Positions 52,146 to 52,441 of a DNA stretch of 52,441 bases are shown piece by piece. The DNA is taken from the NCBI GenBank assembly GCA_045650355.1, contig JAZRRC010000106.1, positions 1 to 52,441 on the forward strand, given 5' to 3'. Origin of the DNA: Candidatus Avispirillum sp. GTDB lineage: Bacteria; Bacillota; Clostridia; Oscillospirales; CAG-272. The first letter of the stretch is position 1, and each line of letters begins with the position of its first letter. The translations under genes were made by a program, and so were the position numbers. The notes below the pieces were generated by a model. It searched no databases. It was not told the origin of the DNA and was given only the letters and a program-made list of their open reading frames with translations.

Positions 52146-52441
52146 ATGAAATATAAAAATATCACAGCGGCAACGTTTCTCAGCCGACCCAACAGATTTA
52201 TAGCAAAGGTGCTTATTGGCGATAAAGAGGAAACGGTGCACGTTAAAAACACGGGCAGATGCCGTGAGCTGCTCCTCCCCGGATGCACGGTCTATCTTGA
52301 AAAATCAAAAAATCCCGAAAGAAAAACTAAATACGATCTTATTGCGGTAGAAAAGAAAAAAGAGGACGGCACAGCCCTCCTCATCAATATGGATTCTCAG
52401 GTAGTCAACACTGCCGCCGCGGAGTGGCTGCCGAAAAGCGG
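52146..52441 (+). CDS. sfsA: sugar fermentation stimulation protein A homolog (5' part, runs off the window)
   Basis: My own translation is MKYKNITAATFLSRPNRFIAKVLIGDKEETVHVKNTGRCRELLLPGCTVYLEKSKNPERKTKYDL. This is the SfsA N-terminal pattern (RxNRF...H..NTGR..ELL.PG). GGGAGG Shine-Dalgarno. It is absent from the ORF track because no stop lies inside the window. Confidence 0.75.
   Translation, partial: MKYKNITAATFLSRPNRFIAKVLIGDKEETVHVKNTGRCRELLLPGCTVYLEKSKNPERKTKYDLIAVEKKKEDGTALLINMDSQVVNTAAAEWLPKS

Overview
This is a 52.4-kb chromosomal window from a Firmicute. It is probably a cellulosome-bearing Ruminococcus-like Clostridium, because one protein ends in a type I dockerin and sense codons are strongly biased. 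About 43 CDS are supportable. Housekeeping blocks typical of the origin-proximal region are parA-parB-serS, cysE-cysS, prpC-prkC-rsgA, lepA, yybS-gdpP-rplI-dnaB, murD and gdhA. Between them sit accessory genes. These are two Na/Pi-cotransporter/PhoU fusion paralogs flanking a PhoPR-like two-component system, a GH31 enzyme, and a dockerin protein with a GH123-like (DUF4091) domain. There is also an O-antigen-ligase-like protein with an acyltransferase, three tandem M42 peptidases, a lipase, and zinc-ribbon-fused CPBP and PrsW intramembrane proteases. I found no rRNA, tRNA, CRISPR array, transposase, integrase, prophage or canonical defence island. The least ordinary things I can see are as follows. 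(1) A roughly 47-nt hairpin element occurs four times, always just 3' of a stop codon and always in the sense orientation of that gene, with compensatory changes in its stem. (2) A perfectly nested four-way hairpin structure with a 29-bp perfect stem lies between two inverted copies of that element. (3) A CBS-pair protein carries an N-terminal RNxxxH (HEPN-like) domain. (4) Three phased TTAACA direct repeats (B. subtilis-type PhoP boxes) lie in the divergent region between the two-component system and one Na/Pi transporter. (5) A CPBP protease gene is translationally coupled between cysE and cysS. Functional interpretations are inferences from motifs read by eye, and no database search was possible.
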